Below, piece after piece: positions 12,501-22,939 of a stretch of DNA of 64,000 bases. Origin of the DNA: Ranitomeya imitator. Its lineage: Eukaryota. The stretch's first letter is position 1; each line of letters opens with the position of its first letter. The DNA lies in assembly GCF_032444005.1 (NCBI RefSeq), contig NC_091284.1, positions 3,162,001 through 3,226,000 of the forward strand, written 5' to 3'. The translations under genes and the position numbers were made by a program. The notes under the pieces were generated by a model. It worked only from the letters and a program-made list of their open reading frames with translations. It made no database searches and was not told the origin of the DNA.

Positions 12501-15500
12501 ACCAGCAATGGTGACAGCCATGGCCTCCAGACCTCAGGCCATCATTATACAAAGTCTCACACCGGAGGAGACCAGCGATGGTGACGGCCATGGCCTCCAG
12601 ACCTCAGGCTGTCATTATACAAAGCCTCACCCCGGAGGAGACCAGCAATGGTGACAGCCATGGCCTCCAGACCTCAGGCCATCATTGCTGCAAAGCCTCA
12701 CACTGGAGGAGACCAGCGATGGTGACAGCCATGGCCCCAGGCTGTCATTATACAAAGCCTCACCCCGGAGGAGACCAGCAATGGTGACAGCCATGGCCTC
12801 CAGACCTCAGGCTGTCATTATACAAAGTCTCACACTGGAGGAGACCAGCGATGGTGACGGCCACGGCCTCTAGACCTCAGGCTGTCATTATACAAAGCCT
12901 CACACTGGAGGAGACCAGCAATGGTGACAGCCATGGCCTCCAGACCTCAGGCCATCATTGCTGCAAAGCCTCACACTGGAGACCAACGATGGTGACGGCC
13001 ATGGCCCCAGGTTGTCATTATACAAAGCCTCACACCGGAGGAGACCAGCAATGGTGACAGCCATGGCCTCCAGACCTCAGGCTGTCATTATACAAAGCCT
13101 CACACTGGAGGAGACCAGCGATGGTGACGGCCATGGCCTCCAGACCTCAGGCCATCATTGCTGCAAAGCCTCACACTGGAGGAGACCAGCGATGGTGACA
13201 GCCATGGCCTCCAGACCTCAGGCCATCATTATACAAAGTCTCACACTGGAGACCAGCGATGGTGACAGCCATGGCCTCCAGACCTCAGGCCATCATTATA
13301 CAAAGTCTCACACCGGAGGAGACCAGCAATGGTGACAGCCATGGCCTCCAGACCTCAGGCCATCATTGCTGCAAAGCCTCACACTGGAGACCAGCGATGG
13401 TGACGGCCATGGCCCCAGGTTGTCATTATACAAAGCCTCACACTGGAGGAGACCAGCGATGGTGACGGCCATGGCCCCAGGTTGTCATTATACAAAGCCT
13501 CACCCCGGAGGAGACCAGCAATGGTGACAGCCATGGCCTCCAGACCTCAGGCCATCATTGCTGCAAAGCCTCACACTGGAGACCAACGATGGTGACGGCC
13601 ATGGCCCCAGGTTGTCATTATACAAAACCTCACACCGGAGGAGACCAGCGATGGTGACGGCCATGGCCTCCAGACTTCAGGCTGTCATTATACAAAACCT
13701 CACACCGGAGGAGACCAGCGATGGTGACGGCCATGGCCTCCAGACCTCAGGCCGTCATTATACAAAGCCTCACACCGGAGGAGACCAGCGATGGTGACGG
13801 CCATGGCCTCCAGACTTCAGGCTGTCATTATACAAAACCTCACACCGGAGGAGACCAGCGATGGTGACGGCCATGGCCTCCAGACTTCAGGCTGTCATTA
13901 TACAAAACCTCACACCGGAGGAGACCAGCGATGGTGACGGCCATGGCCTCCAGACTTCAGGCTGTCATTATACAAAACCTCACACCGGAGGAGACCAGCG
14001 ATGGTGACGGCCACGGCCTCTAGACCTCAGGCCGTCATTATACAAAGCCTCACACCGGAGGAGACCAGCGATGGTGACGGCCATGGCCTCCAGACTTCAG
14101 GCTGTCATTATACAAAACCTCACACCGGAGGAGACCAGCGATGGTGACGGCCATGGCCTCCAGACCTCAGGCTGTCATTATACAAAGCCTCACACCGGAG
14201 GAGACCAGCGATGGTGACGGCCATGGCCTCTAGACCTCAGGCTGTCATTATACAAAACCTCACACCGGAGGAGACCAGCGATGGTGACGGCCGTGGCCTC
14301 CAGACCTCAGGCTGTCATTATACAAAGCCTCACACCGGAGGAGACCAGCGATGGTGACGGCCATGGCCTCCAGACCTCAGGCTGTCATTGCTACAAAGGA
14401 TTCTACACAAAGGGTTAAACATGGACATTTTATTTATGGGAAAGTGAATTTGTCCAATTACTTCTGAGCCCTGAAAGGAGGATTTTTAGAAAAATGGCTG
14501 CAATTCCTAAATGTTTTAAGTTAATTAAAAGACAAATCTCCTGTGAAAGTCTCAATTTCATTTGTAAAAATAGCAAATTATCGACCTGCAGAGCTGAAAT
14601 CACAAGGATTAGGCTGTGGCCAAAGATGTAATTACCTGACTGTACGTCCACGTCTCCTTCTTTTCCCTTTACCTTCGCCTCCTTTCTTTTCTTCATTGTC
14701 TGTTTCTCTACTTTTCCCTCTTTCCTCGTCTCTTATATTTTCTCTTCCTCTCCTGCTCTTCTTTCACCTCTGGCGTTTGTCTTCCTGAGTCTTGTCTGTT
14801 CCTCTCCTTATCTTCCTGCTCTTCCACATCTGCCTCCTCCATTGGGCACTGAGCACCATCACCTATTTTTCCATCTTTCCCTCTCCTTTTTTTGCTCTTT
14901 CCCCATTTTGCTCCTCCTTCCTCTTTTCCCCCGAATTTTTCTCCTCACATTGTTGTTCTTCCTTTTCTATCGTTTCCCCACCATGTTTCCTCCCACCTCG
15001 CCTCTCGCCTGGTTTCCTCCCACCTCGCCTCGTTTCTCCACTCGCCCCTTTTCCTCCCACCTCGCCTCTCACCTCGTTTCCTCCCACCTCGTTTCTCCAC
15101 TCGCCCATTTTCCTCCCACCTCATTTCTCCACTCGCCCCTTTTCCTCCCACCTCGCCTCTCGCCTCGTTTCCTCCCACCTCATTTCTCCACTCACCCCTT
15201 TTCCTTCCACCTCGCCTCTCGCCTCGTTTCCTCCCACCTCGTTTCTCCACTCGCCCCTTTTCCTCCCACCTCTCCTCTCGCCTGGTTTCCTCCCACCTCG
15301 TTTCTCCACTCGCCCCTTTTCCTCCCACCTCGCCTCTCGCCTCGTTTCCTCCCACCTCATTTCTCCACTCGCCCCTTTTCCTACCACCCCGCCTCTCCCC
15401 TCGCCTTGTTGCCTCGCCTCGTTTCCTTCCACCCCGCCCCTTGCCTCGTTTCCTCCCACATCGCCTCGTTGCCTCGCCTCGTTTCCTTCCACCCCGCCCC

Positions 15501-18500
15501 TCGCCTCGTTTCCTCCCACATCGCCTCGTTGCCTCGCCTAGTTTCCTCCCACCCCGCCCCTCACCTCGTTGCCTCGCCTAGTTTCCTCCCACCCCGCCCC
15601 TCGCCTCGTTGCCTCGCCTAGTTTCCTCCCACCCCGCCCCTCGCCTCGTTGCCTCGCCTAGTTTCCTCCTACCCCGCCCCTCGCCTCGTTGCCTCGCCTA
15701 GTTTCCTCCCACCCCGCCCCTCGCCTCGTTGCCTCGCCTCGTTTCCTCCCACCCCGCCCCTCGCCTCGTTGCCTCGCCTCGTTTCCTCCCACCCCGCCCC
15801 TCTTCTCGTTTCCTCCCACATCGCCTCGTTGCCTCACCTCGTTTCTCCACTCGCCCCTTTTCCTCCCACCCCGCCTCTCCACTCGCCTTGTAGCCTCGCC
15901 TCGTTTCCTCCCGCCCCTCGCCTCGTTGCCTCGCCTCGTTTCCTCCCACCCCGCCCCTCGCCTCGTTGCCTCGCCTCGTTTCCTCCCACCTCGCCTCGTT
16001 GCCTCGCCTAGTTTCCTCCCACTCCGCCCCTCGTCTTGTAGCCTCGCCTCGTTTCCTCCCGCCCCTCGCCTCGTTGCCTCGCCTCGTTTCCTCCCACCCC
16101 GCCCCTCGCCTCGTTGCCTCGCCTCGTTTCCTCCCACCCCGCCCCTCGCCTCGTTGCCTCGCCTCGTTTCCTCCCACCCCTCGCCTCGTTGCCTCGTTCC
16201 TCCCCACCTGTTTATTTCCGGTTGCCTCTCATCCTTTACCTTTCTATTAGGAGTTTCTGGACCGCCGTAAGATGACGCAGTTTGGGAGTCTGGCGTTGGT
16301 TGATGAGGGAGCGGGGGATGTGGATGGCGTCACTTTGAGTCTTCCAGGAGTCCGTAAAGGTAGGGTGTGTTCTGCAGTTGACGGTGCTGAAGTCCGTGCG
16401 TTGGGAGATTTAATGACGGCCATTTTTCAGGTGACCTGAGCTCTAGGCATTTCAAGCCTGAAATCCGTGTGACATCATTACGCTTCTCTCCCACCGGTGA
16501 GTGATGGACATGATGGCCGATGAGGCGGTGACTGGGGTCTCGTAGTAAGTGTCTTTCTGATCTCAGGGCGCAGTTGGGCTGCCACCTCCACCGAGGGTCT
16601 CCTCATTTACTCCCTGGACTCCAGTTCGGTGTTCGATCCTTTCCAGCTGGATGAAGAGGTGACAGCCGGCAGTGTCCATCAGACGCTGCGGAAACGCGAG
16701 TGGACCCGTGCCCTAGTGATGGCCATGAGACTCAATGAAGAGCGTCTTCTGGGGGAGGCACTGGAGAGCGTGCCCCACACGGACAGTGAGTGCTCTATCC
16801 AGTGTGGTCGCCAGGTCTGTACATGTGTCCGTGTCATCGGTGTCTATCTCCTGTAGTTAAGGTCCTGTGCTCGTCCCTCCCGGAGCCGTACGTGGAGCGG
16901 CTGCTGGTGTTCCTGGCGGCTCAGATCGATCGCTCCCGGCATCTGCAGTTCTACCTGATCTGGGCCCATGAGTTGTTGATGCAGCACGGCCAGAAGCTGA
17001 AGACTCGGTAATTATCTTCTCTCTCCATGGTCCCGGCCTGATCGGAGATGTCTGCTTTCTGAACACCGATCCCTTCTGTCCACAGCTCTGTCTCCCTGAT
17101 GCCGGCCATTCACTCCCTGCAGAAGAGCATCCAGGCTCACGTCACGGACATCGCAAGGCTGTAAGTACCCGGTGCTTTCTGGGGGGCGAGATCTGGCCGT
17201 TATCGCACTGACTTGGGAAATCCTGGTCCTGCGCCATTTGTATTGCCCAAGAATGGTGGAGCCCAGACCCCACAATGGTGGCATTCATCAGCGTATTTCT
17301 GCACATCCTACGGGAGCGTGAATTCATCGTGCAGAGTACGAGCCAGCGTACCGTGCTGGGGGTGGGGGTCGGCCCAGCATGTGTACGAGCCTGCGTACTG
17401 TGCTGGTGATGGGGGTCGGCCCAGCGTGTGTACGAGCCTGCGTACTGTGCTGGTGATGGGGGTCGGCCCAGCGTGTGTACGAGCCTGCGTACTGTGCTGG
17501 GGGTGGGGGGTCGGCCCAGCGTGTGTACGAGCCTGCGTACCGTGCTGGGGGTGGGGGTCGGCCCAGCGTGTGTACGAGCCTGCGTACCGTGCTGGGGGTG
17601 GGGGGTCGGCCCAGCATGTGTACGAGCCTGCGTACTGTGCTGGGGGTGGGGGGTCGGCCCAGCGTGTGTACGAGCCTGCGTACCGTGCTGGGGGTAGGGG
17701 GTCAGCCCAGCGTGTGTACGAGCCTGCGTACCGTGCTGGTGATGGGGGTCGGCCCAGCGTGTGTACGAGCCTGCGTACCGTGCTGGGGGTGGGGGTCGGC
17801 CCAGCGTGTGTACGAGCCTGCGTACTGTGCTGGGGGTGGGGGGTCGGCCCAGCGTGTGTACGAGCCTGCGTACTGTGCTGGGGGTGGGGGTCGGCCCAGC
17901 GTGTGTACGAGCCTGCGTACTGTGCTGGGGGTGGGGGGTCGGCCCAGCGTGTGTACGAGCCTGCGTACTGTGCTGGGGGTGGGGGGTCGGCCCAGCGTGT
18001 GTACGAGCCTGCGTACTGTGCTGGGGGTCGGCCCAGCATGTGTACGAGCCTGCGTACCGTGCTGGTGATGGGGGTCGGCCCAGCGTGTGTACGAGCCTGC
18101 GTACCGTGCTGGTGATGGGGGTCGGCCCAGCGTGTGTACGAGCCTGCGTACCGTGCTGGGGGTGGGGGGTCGGCCCAGCGTGTGTACGAGCCTGCGTACT
18201 GTGCTGGGGGTGGGGGGTCGGCCCAGCGTGTGTACGAGCCTGCGTACCGTGCTGGTGATGGGGGTCAGCCCAGCGTGTGTACGAGCCTGCGTACTGTGCT
18301 GGGGGTGGGGGGGTCGGCCCAGCATGTGTACGAGCCTGCGTACCGTGCTGGTGATGGGGGTCGGCCCAGTGTGTGTACGAGTCTGAGTACCGTGCTGGGG
18401 GTGGGGGGTCGGCCCAGCGTGTGTACGAGCCTGCGTACCGTGCTGGTGATGGGGGTCGGCCCAGCGTGTGTACGAGCCTGCGTACCGTGCTGGGGGTGGG

Positions 18501-20298
18501 CCCAGCGTGTGTACGAGCCTGCGTACCGTGCTGGTGATGGGGTCGGCTCAGCGTGTGTTTACCGTGCTGGGGGTGGGGGTCGGCCCAGCGTGTGTGTACC
18601 GTGCTGGGGGTGGGGGTCGGCCCAGCCTGTGTGTACCGGGGTGGGGGTGGGGGTCGGCCCAGCCTGTGTGTACTGTGCTGGTGGTGGGGGGTCGGCCCAG
18701 GGTGTGTGTACCGTGCTGGGGGTGGGGGTCGGCCCAGCCTGTGTGTACCGTGCTGGGGGTCGGCCCAGCCTGTGTGTACCGTGCTGGGGGTGGGGGTCGG
18801 CCCAGCCTGTGTGTACCGTGCTGGTGGTGGGGGGTCGGCCCAGTGTGTGTACGAGTCTGAGTACCGTGCTGGGGGTGGGGGGTCGGCCCAGCGTGTGTAC
18901 GAGCCTGCGTACCGTGCTGGTGATGGGGGTCGGCCCAGCGTGTGTACGAGCCTGCGTACCGTGCTGGGGGTGGGCCCAGCGTGTGTACGAGCCTGCGTAC
19001 CGTGCTGGTGATGGGGTCGGCTCAGCGTGTGTTTACCGTGCTGGGGGTGGGGGTCGGCCCAGCGTGTGTGTACCGTGCTGGGGGTGGGGGTCGGCCCAGC
19101 CTGTGTGTACCGGGGTGGGGGTGGGGGTCGGCCCAGCCTGTGTGTACTGTGCTGGTGGTGGGGGGTCGGCCCAGGGTGTGTGTACCGTGCTGGGGGTGGG
19201 GGTCGGCCCAGCCTGTGTGTACCGTGCTGGGGGTCGGCCCAGCCTGTGTGTACCGTGCTGGGGGTGGGGGTCGGCCCAGCCTGTGTGTACCGTGCTGGTG
19301 GTGGGGGGTCGGCCCAGGGTGTGTGTACCGTGCTGGTGGTGGGGGGTCGGCCCAGGGTGTGTGTACCGTGCTGGGGGTGGGGGTCGGCCCAGCCTGTGTG
19401 TACCGTGCTGGTGGTGGGGGGTCGGCCCAGGGTGTGTGTACCGTGCTGGGGGTGGGGGTCGGCCCAGGGTGTGTGTACCGTGCTGGGGGTGGGGGTCGGC
19501 CCAGGGTGTGTGTACCGTGCTGGTGGTGGGGGGTCGGCCCAGCCTGTGTGTACCGTGCTGGGGGTGGGGGTCGGCCCAGCCTGTGTGTACCGTGCTGGGG
19601 GTGGGGGTCGGCCCAGCCTGTGTGTACCGTGCTGGGGGTGGGGGTCGGCCCAGCGTGTGTGTACCGTGCTGGGGGTGGGGGTCGGCCCAGGGTGTGTGTA
19701 CCGTGCTGGTGGTGGGGGGTCGGCCCAGCCTGTGTGTACCGTGCTGGTGGTGGGGGGTCGGCCCAGGGTGTGTGTACCGTGCTGGGGGTGGGGGTCGGCC
19801 CAGGGTGTGTGTACCGTGCTGGTGGTGGGGGGTCGGCCCAGCGTGTGTGTACCGTGCTGGGGGTGGGGGTCGGCCCAGGGTGTGTGTACCGTGCTGGGGG
19901 TGGGGGTCGGCCCAGGGTGTGTGTACCGTGCTGGGGGTGGGGGTCGGCCCAGCCTGTGTGTACCGTGCTGGGGGTGGGGGTCGGCCCAGGGTGTGTGTAC
20001 CGTGCTGGGGGTGGGGGTCGGCCCAGCCTGTGTGTACCGTGCTGGTGGTGGGGGGTCGGCCCAGGGTGTGTGTACCGTGCTGGGGGTGGGGGTCGGCCCA
20101 GCGTGTTTCTGCCTCTGCTGATGACTTGACCTTCTGATGTTTCTTCCTTCTAGCTGTGATTGGAATCGGTACAACATGCGCTTTGCCGTCTGCCTGTCCC
20201 AGCAGCGAGGAGTGAAGCGTGCGGCCACGGAGCGGGACGTAGAGTCAGACGTGGAGTCCATGAGTGATGGCAGCGGAGGAACGGACACCGACCACTGA
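3485..20298 (+). CDS. PWP2: Periodic tryptophan protein 2 homolog (WD40, SSU processome UTP1), 21 coding exons, 898 aa
   Basis: Manual splicing gives 2697 nt with an open frame. Recognisable PWP2 peptides include [83 protein letters not shown] and [20 protein letters not shown]. All introns are GT..AG with matching phases. Confidence 0.98.
3520..5005. repeat. Intron 1 purine-rich minisatellite, 27-31-bp unit (CAGAGGAGGAGGACGGGGGAGAGAGTGTATA)
   Basis: Direct tandem periodicity filling almost all of intron 1. Confidence 0.97.
5038..5150 (+). CDS. PWP2: PWP2 exon 2
   Basis: CAG|TTCAGTAATCTC...AAGAA|GTGAGT; [20 protein letters not shown]... Confidence 0.96.
5200..7235. repeat. Intron 2 C-rich minisatellite, 23-bp and 28-bp units (CCTCGCCCCGTCCTCTGCSGTCC[CCGCG])
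   Basis: Periods of 23 (5581/5604) and 28 (6121/6149) seen directly. Confidence 0.97.
7272..7366 (+). CDS. PWP2: PWP2 exon 3
   Basis: [31 protein letters not shown]; AG/GT borders. Confidence 0.96.
7445..7544 (+). CDS. PWP2: PWP2 exon 4
   Basis: [32 protein letters not shown]; AG/GT borders. Confidence 0.95.
7619..7762 (+). CDS. PWP2: PWP2 exon 5
   Basis: TFVVCKG...[23 protein letters not shown]. Confidence 0.96.
7900..8470. repeat. Intron 5 minisatellite (CCCCATCGTCCCTGACAGGYGC + variable poly-C)
   Basis: About 18-20 tandem copies with variable C-run length. Confidence 0.95.
8492..8627 (+). CDS. PWP2: PWP2 exon 6
   Basis: [39 protein letters not shown]. Confidence 0.96.
8702..8898 (+). 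CDS. PWP2: PWP2 exon 7
   Basis: [16 protein letters not shown]...VKYKRVG; phase 0 in, phase 2 out. Confidence 0.94.
9012..9393. repeat. Intron 7 GC-rich minisatellite, 28-30-bp units (GGGGCCCGGCC[GG]TGTCGTSCCGSGGGG)
   Basis: Direct tandem periodicity. Confidence 0.95.
9425..9568 (+). CDS. PWP2: PWP2 exon 8
   Basis: [20 protein letters not shown]...[12 protein letters not shown]. Confidence 0.96.
9649..9719 (+). CDS. PWP2: PWP2 exon 9
   Basis: [23 protein letters not shown]. Confidence 0.95.
9843..9979 (+). CDS. PWP2: PWP2 exon 10
   Basis: [45 protein letters not shown]. Confidence 0.97.
10053..10201 (+). CDS. PWP2: PWP2 exon 11
   Basis: [18 protein letters not shown]...[12 protein letters not shown]. 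Confidence 0.96.
10271..10418 (+). CDS. PWP2: PWP2 exon 12
   Basis: [21 protein letters not shown]...[10 protein letters not shown]. Confidence 0.97.
10729..10879 (+). CDS. PWP2: PWP2 exon 13
   Basis: [34 protein letters not shown]. Confidence 0.96.
11001..11181 (+). CDS. PWP2: PWP2 exon 14
   Basis: [26 protein letters not shown]...GSIEGRHDL...[10 protein letters not shown]. Confidence 0.96.
11261..11408 (+). CDS. PWP2: PWP2 exon 15
   Basis: [18 protein letters not shown]...[13 protein letters not shown]. Confidence 0.96.
11600..14644 (+). mobile_element. Degraded Tc1-like DNA transposon in intron 15, interrupted by a minisatellite derived from its own 3' coding end
   Basis: Decayed Tc1 transposase motifs: RPGRP-like ~11850, HGGGGVM 12113, [16 protein letters not shown] ~12215 and KGF.TK-like ~14398. 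The element ends in ...CCTGACTG|TA at 14644. The 5' limit is approximate. Confidence 0.8.
12283..14395. repeat. 70-bp minisatellite (about 30 copies, with shorter variants) inside the Tc1 remnant
   Basis: The 70-bp period is visible at 13801-13930. Unit: CACACCGGAGGAGACCAGCGATGGTGACGGCCATGGCCTCCAGACYTCAGGCTGTCATTATACAAARCCT. Confidence 0.97.
14980..16205. repeat. Intron 15 pyrimidine-rich minisatellite (~40-bp unit TCGCCTCGTTGCCTCGCCTMGTTTCCTCCCACCCCGCCCC, more degenerate at the 5' end)
   Basis: 40-bp period at 15601/15641; preceded by a low-complexity C/T tract from ~14650. Confidence 0.93.
16251..16359 (+). CDS. PWP2: PWP2 exon 16
   Basis: [19 protein letters not shown]...LPGVRK. Confidence 0.96.
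16431..16496 (+). CDS. PWP2: PWP2 exon 17
   Basis: [21 protein letters not shown]. Confidence 0.97.
16567..16785 (+). CDS. PWP2: PWP2 exon 18
   Basis: [17 protein letters not shown]...FDPFQLD...MAMRLNE. Confidence 0.96.
16857..17007 (+). CDS. PWP2: PWP2 exon 19
   Basis: [15 protein letters not shown]...[24 protein letters not shown]. Confidence 0.96.
17086..17160 (+). CDS. PWP2: PWP2 exon 20
   Basis: [24 protein letters not shown]. Confidence 0.94.
17330..20105. repeat. Intron 20 G-rich minisatellite, 47-49-bp units switching to 37-38-bp units
   Basis: Core GGGGGTGGGGGTCGGCCCAGC; period 47 at 17761/17808 and 37 at 19571/19608. Confidence 0.97.
20154..20298 (+). CDS. PWP2: PWP2 exon 21 (last coding exon)
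   Basis: [22 protein letters not shown]...DTDH*; TGA at 20296-20298. Confidence 0.94.
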
Positions 20299-21139
20299 TT
20301 TGGGTGGTGGGGAAGAGACCTGGGCTTGTCGTAATGTGGAGGAGGATTGTGGTTTCTGGCCTCCACCATCTTGTGCGTGTGGCAGTATGATCCTCACACC
20401 CGCTGGCGGAGAGCTGCTGGATCATTTGTGCCTTACCAGGACATGTAGATATGTATTTATAGACGGCGGTGGCACCTACACACTGTAGTAAAGGCGGCTC
20501 GCTTGCTCTTCTCAGGCTTCTGATCATGTGGGGGTTTCTCTGCAGCACGGGTCGGTTCGAGTCTTCAGTCGTGATTCGCAGGGACACAACGTCTGGCATG
20601 TTCTTCTGAAGTTCCCACGTGGTTGACCCGAGCCCCCATTACCACCAGATAAGAGCTTCAGGTCCAGGAACGTGCCCAAGTGCTGGGCCCGAGACCCAAA
20701 ACCAGGAGGCCCGACAGATGTCATTTACCACCTGCCCTCCGCTTGCCATGATGTTGGTGAGGGTCCTGCTATAGGGTTTGTGGCTGGTGTCGGGGTCTAG
20801 GGCTGACAGAACGCCAGTTATGGGCTTCACCCTCCTTAGTGACAGCACTGATATCTATAGGGGGCCGTATATACCGACCCCAGGACATCGCGGCTGAGTG
20901 GTTGTATGTGTGTGACTGCAGCGTGTGACGGGCCGGGGTGGGAGCAGTACCGACAGCAGCTGAAGAGTCCGTGATCGCCTGGCGTCATTGCTGACATGTG
21001 CGACCTGGCCCCAACATTCATGGCTGCAGCGGTGGGGACACATATCCCCCCAGCAACGAGAGCTACCCTGACCTCCGCATACTGCAGAAACAGGCGTCAC
21101 CTCATCAAGGCCCAGCCAGCTCATCCCTCCCCTGCATGG

Positions 21140-21480
21140 CCGTGTCAGACTCCCCCCACCCCCCCAACTGTGCGGCCGTGTCAGACTCCCCCCACCCCCC
21201 CAACTGTGCGGGCGTGTCAGACTCCCCCCACCCCCCAAACTGTGCGGCCGTGTCAGACTCCCCCCACCCCCCCAACTGTGCGGGCGTGTCAGATTCCCCC
21301 CACCCCCCCAACTGTGCGGCCGTGTCAGACTAACCCCTCACCCCCCCAACTTTGCGGCCGTGTCAGACTCCCCCCACCCACCCAACTGTGCGGCCGTGTC
21401 AGACTCCCCCCACCCCCCCAACTGTGCGGGCGTGTCAGACTCCCCCCACCCCCCCAACTGTGCAGCCATGTCAGTCTAAC
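21140..21480. repeat. 36-bp C-rich minisatellite (TCAGACTCCCCCCACCCCCCCAACTGTGCGGCCGTG), decaying to ~21860
   Basis: Period 36 at 21181/21217. Confidence 0.92.
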
Positions 21481-22239
21481 CCCCACCCCACCCCCTTTCT
21501 GTGCTGCCGTGTCCCCTCTACCTGTGTGCGGCCGTGTCAGTCTCCGCCCCCCTTCTGTGCGGCTATGTCCCCACTCTCCTTTTTCTGTGCGGCTATGTCC
21601 CCACTCCCCCCCCCCCCTTCTGTACGGCTGTATCCCCCCCCCTTATGTGCGGCCGTGTCCCCCCCTCCCTCTGTGCGCTGTGTCAGTCTCCCCCTCCCCG
21701 GCCGTGTCCTCCTCCCCCTGTGCTGGGAGGAGGGTGTGTTTGGCAGCAGGAGTGGGGCGAGGAGGTCGGGGTGGGGCGAGGAGGCCGGGGTGGGGCGAGG
21801 AGGCCGGGGTGGGGCGAGTGTGAGGAGGCCGGGGTGGGGCGAGTGCGAGGAGGCCGGGGTGGGGTGAGGATGCGTGTTCCAAGTATTTTTTGTTACAAAT
21901 ACACGATAAAGGTTTCTAGAACTCTGTACAATAACAAACCGTCTCCAGCATTGTCCATTAGTCGACCATGAAATGTATATTGTGCGGCCACGATCTGCAA
22001 TCATCACATTGTCATTCCCTCTTAAAGGGAGTGTGACCCACATGTGACCCATGTAACTATGACTATGGCCGGCAGGTCACAGATGGCAGAGGACGGCGAT
22101 CCCGGGGTGTCGATCACTTTACATCACCTCTTCCAGACTCCGGAGAGGACGCTGCCCAGAAGATGGCTCTGCCTCCACAGCTGACGGGGTTACCAGTGTG
22201 ATGGCCGCTCTCCCTGCACAGCTGTGATTATATCTGACT

Positions 22240-22512
22240 AGTGCGGAGCGAGCATACTCGTTGCTCGGGTGGTCTCAGAGTATTTGTAACTGCTCGGAGA
22301 TTTAGTTTCTGTCTCCGTAGCTGCATGATTTGCGGCTGCTAGACAGCCTGAATACGTGTGGGATTGCCTGTTTGTTAAGGAGTCCCTACATGTATTCAGG
22401 CTGTCTAGCAGCCGCAAATCATGCAGCTACGGAGACAGAAACTATCTGAGTACATCCAAATACTCAGACCACCCGAGCATGCTCATGGAGTAACGAGTAT
22501 ACTTGCTCGTCC
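22240..22512. mobile_element. Palindromic MITE-like element
   Basis: Long inverted arms: TTTCTGTCTCCGTAGCTGCATGATTTGCGGCTGCTAGACAGCCTGAATAC and its reverse complement ~22391-22441. Outer arms are GCTCGGGTGGTCT and AGACCACCCGAGC. Confidence 0.8.
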
Positions 22513-22525
22513 GTACATCTGACAT

Positions 22526-22710
22526 AGGGCTCATACTCACCTGCGAGAAACTCTGATAATCAGAGTCTCGCTGGTCAATTCCCGGCGCTGCTGCCGGCAC
22601 TCGGGAGCGGAGCGTGCGGCTGCATGTATTCCTATGCGGCCACATGCTCCGATCTGAGTGCCAGGTATTTAACATGCGAGACTCATCCGAGTTTCTTACA
22701 GGCGAGTATG
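22526..22710. mobile_element. Small MITE-like element with ~25-bp TIRs
   Basis: GGGCTCATACTCACCTGCGAGAAACTC ... GAGTTTCTTACAGGCGAGTATGAGCCC. Confidence 0.7.
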
Positions 22711-22939
22711 AGCCCATATCTGCAGCGTCCAGCTCACAGCCAGACGAGGTAACAATACAGCAGAGCGGACAGAAGCAAAAACATGTTAGCAAGAAGGCAA
22801 AGTTAATTTTTCCTGTTCTGTTACTTGTCTCACACAGGTAACACCCCTACATGTAAGCTCTGGAGGCAGAGTTACCTCCTGGCAGCGTCCTCCTCGAGCC
22901 TCGAAGATGGTGTTTATATTTTCTCTACAAGCAGGCATC

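Noticed and set aside
17142-20369. 1075-aa minus-strand ORF and overlapping plus-strand ORFs
   Set aside because: Repeat translation of the intron 20 array; no domain content.
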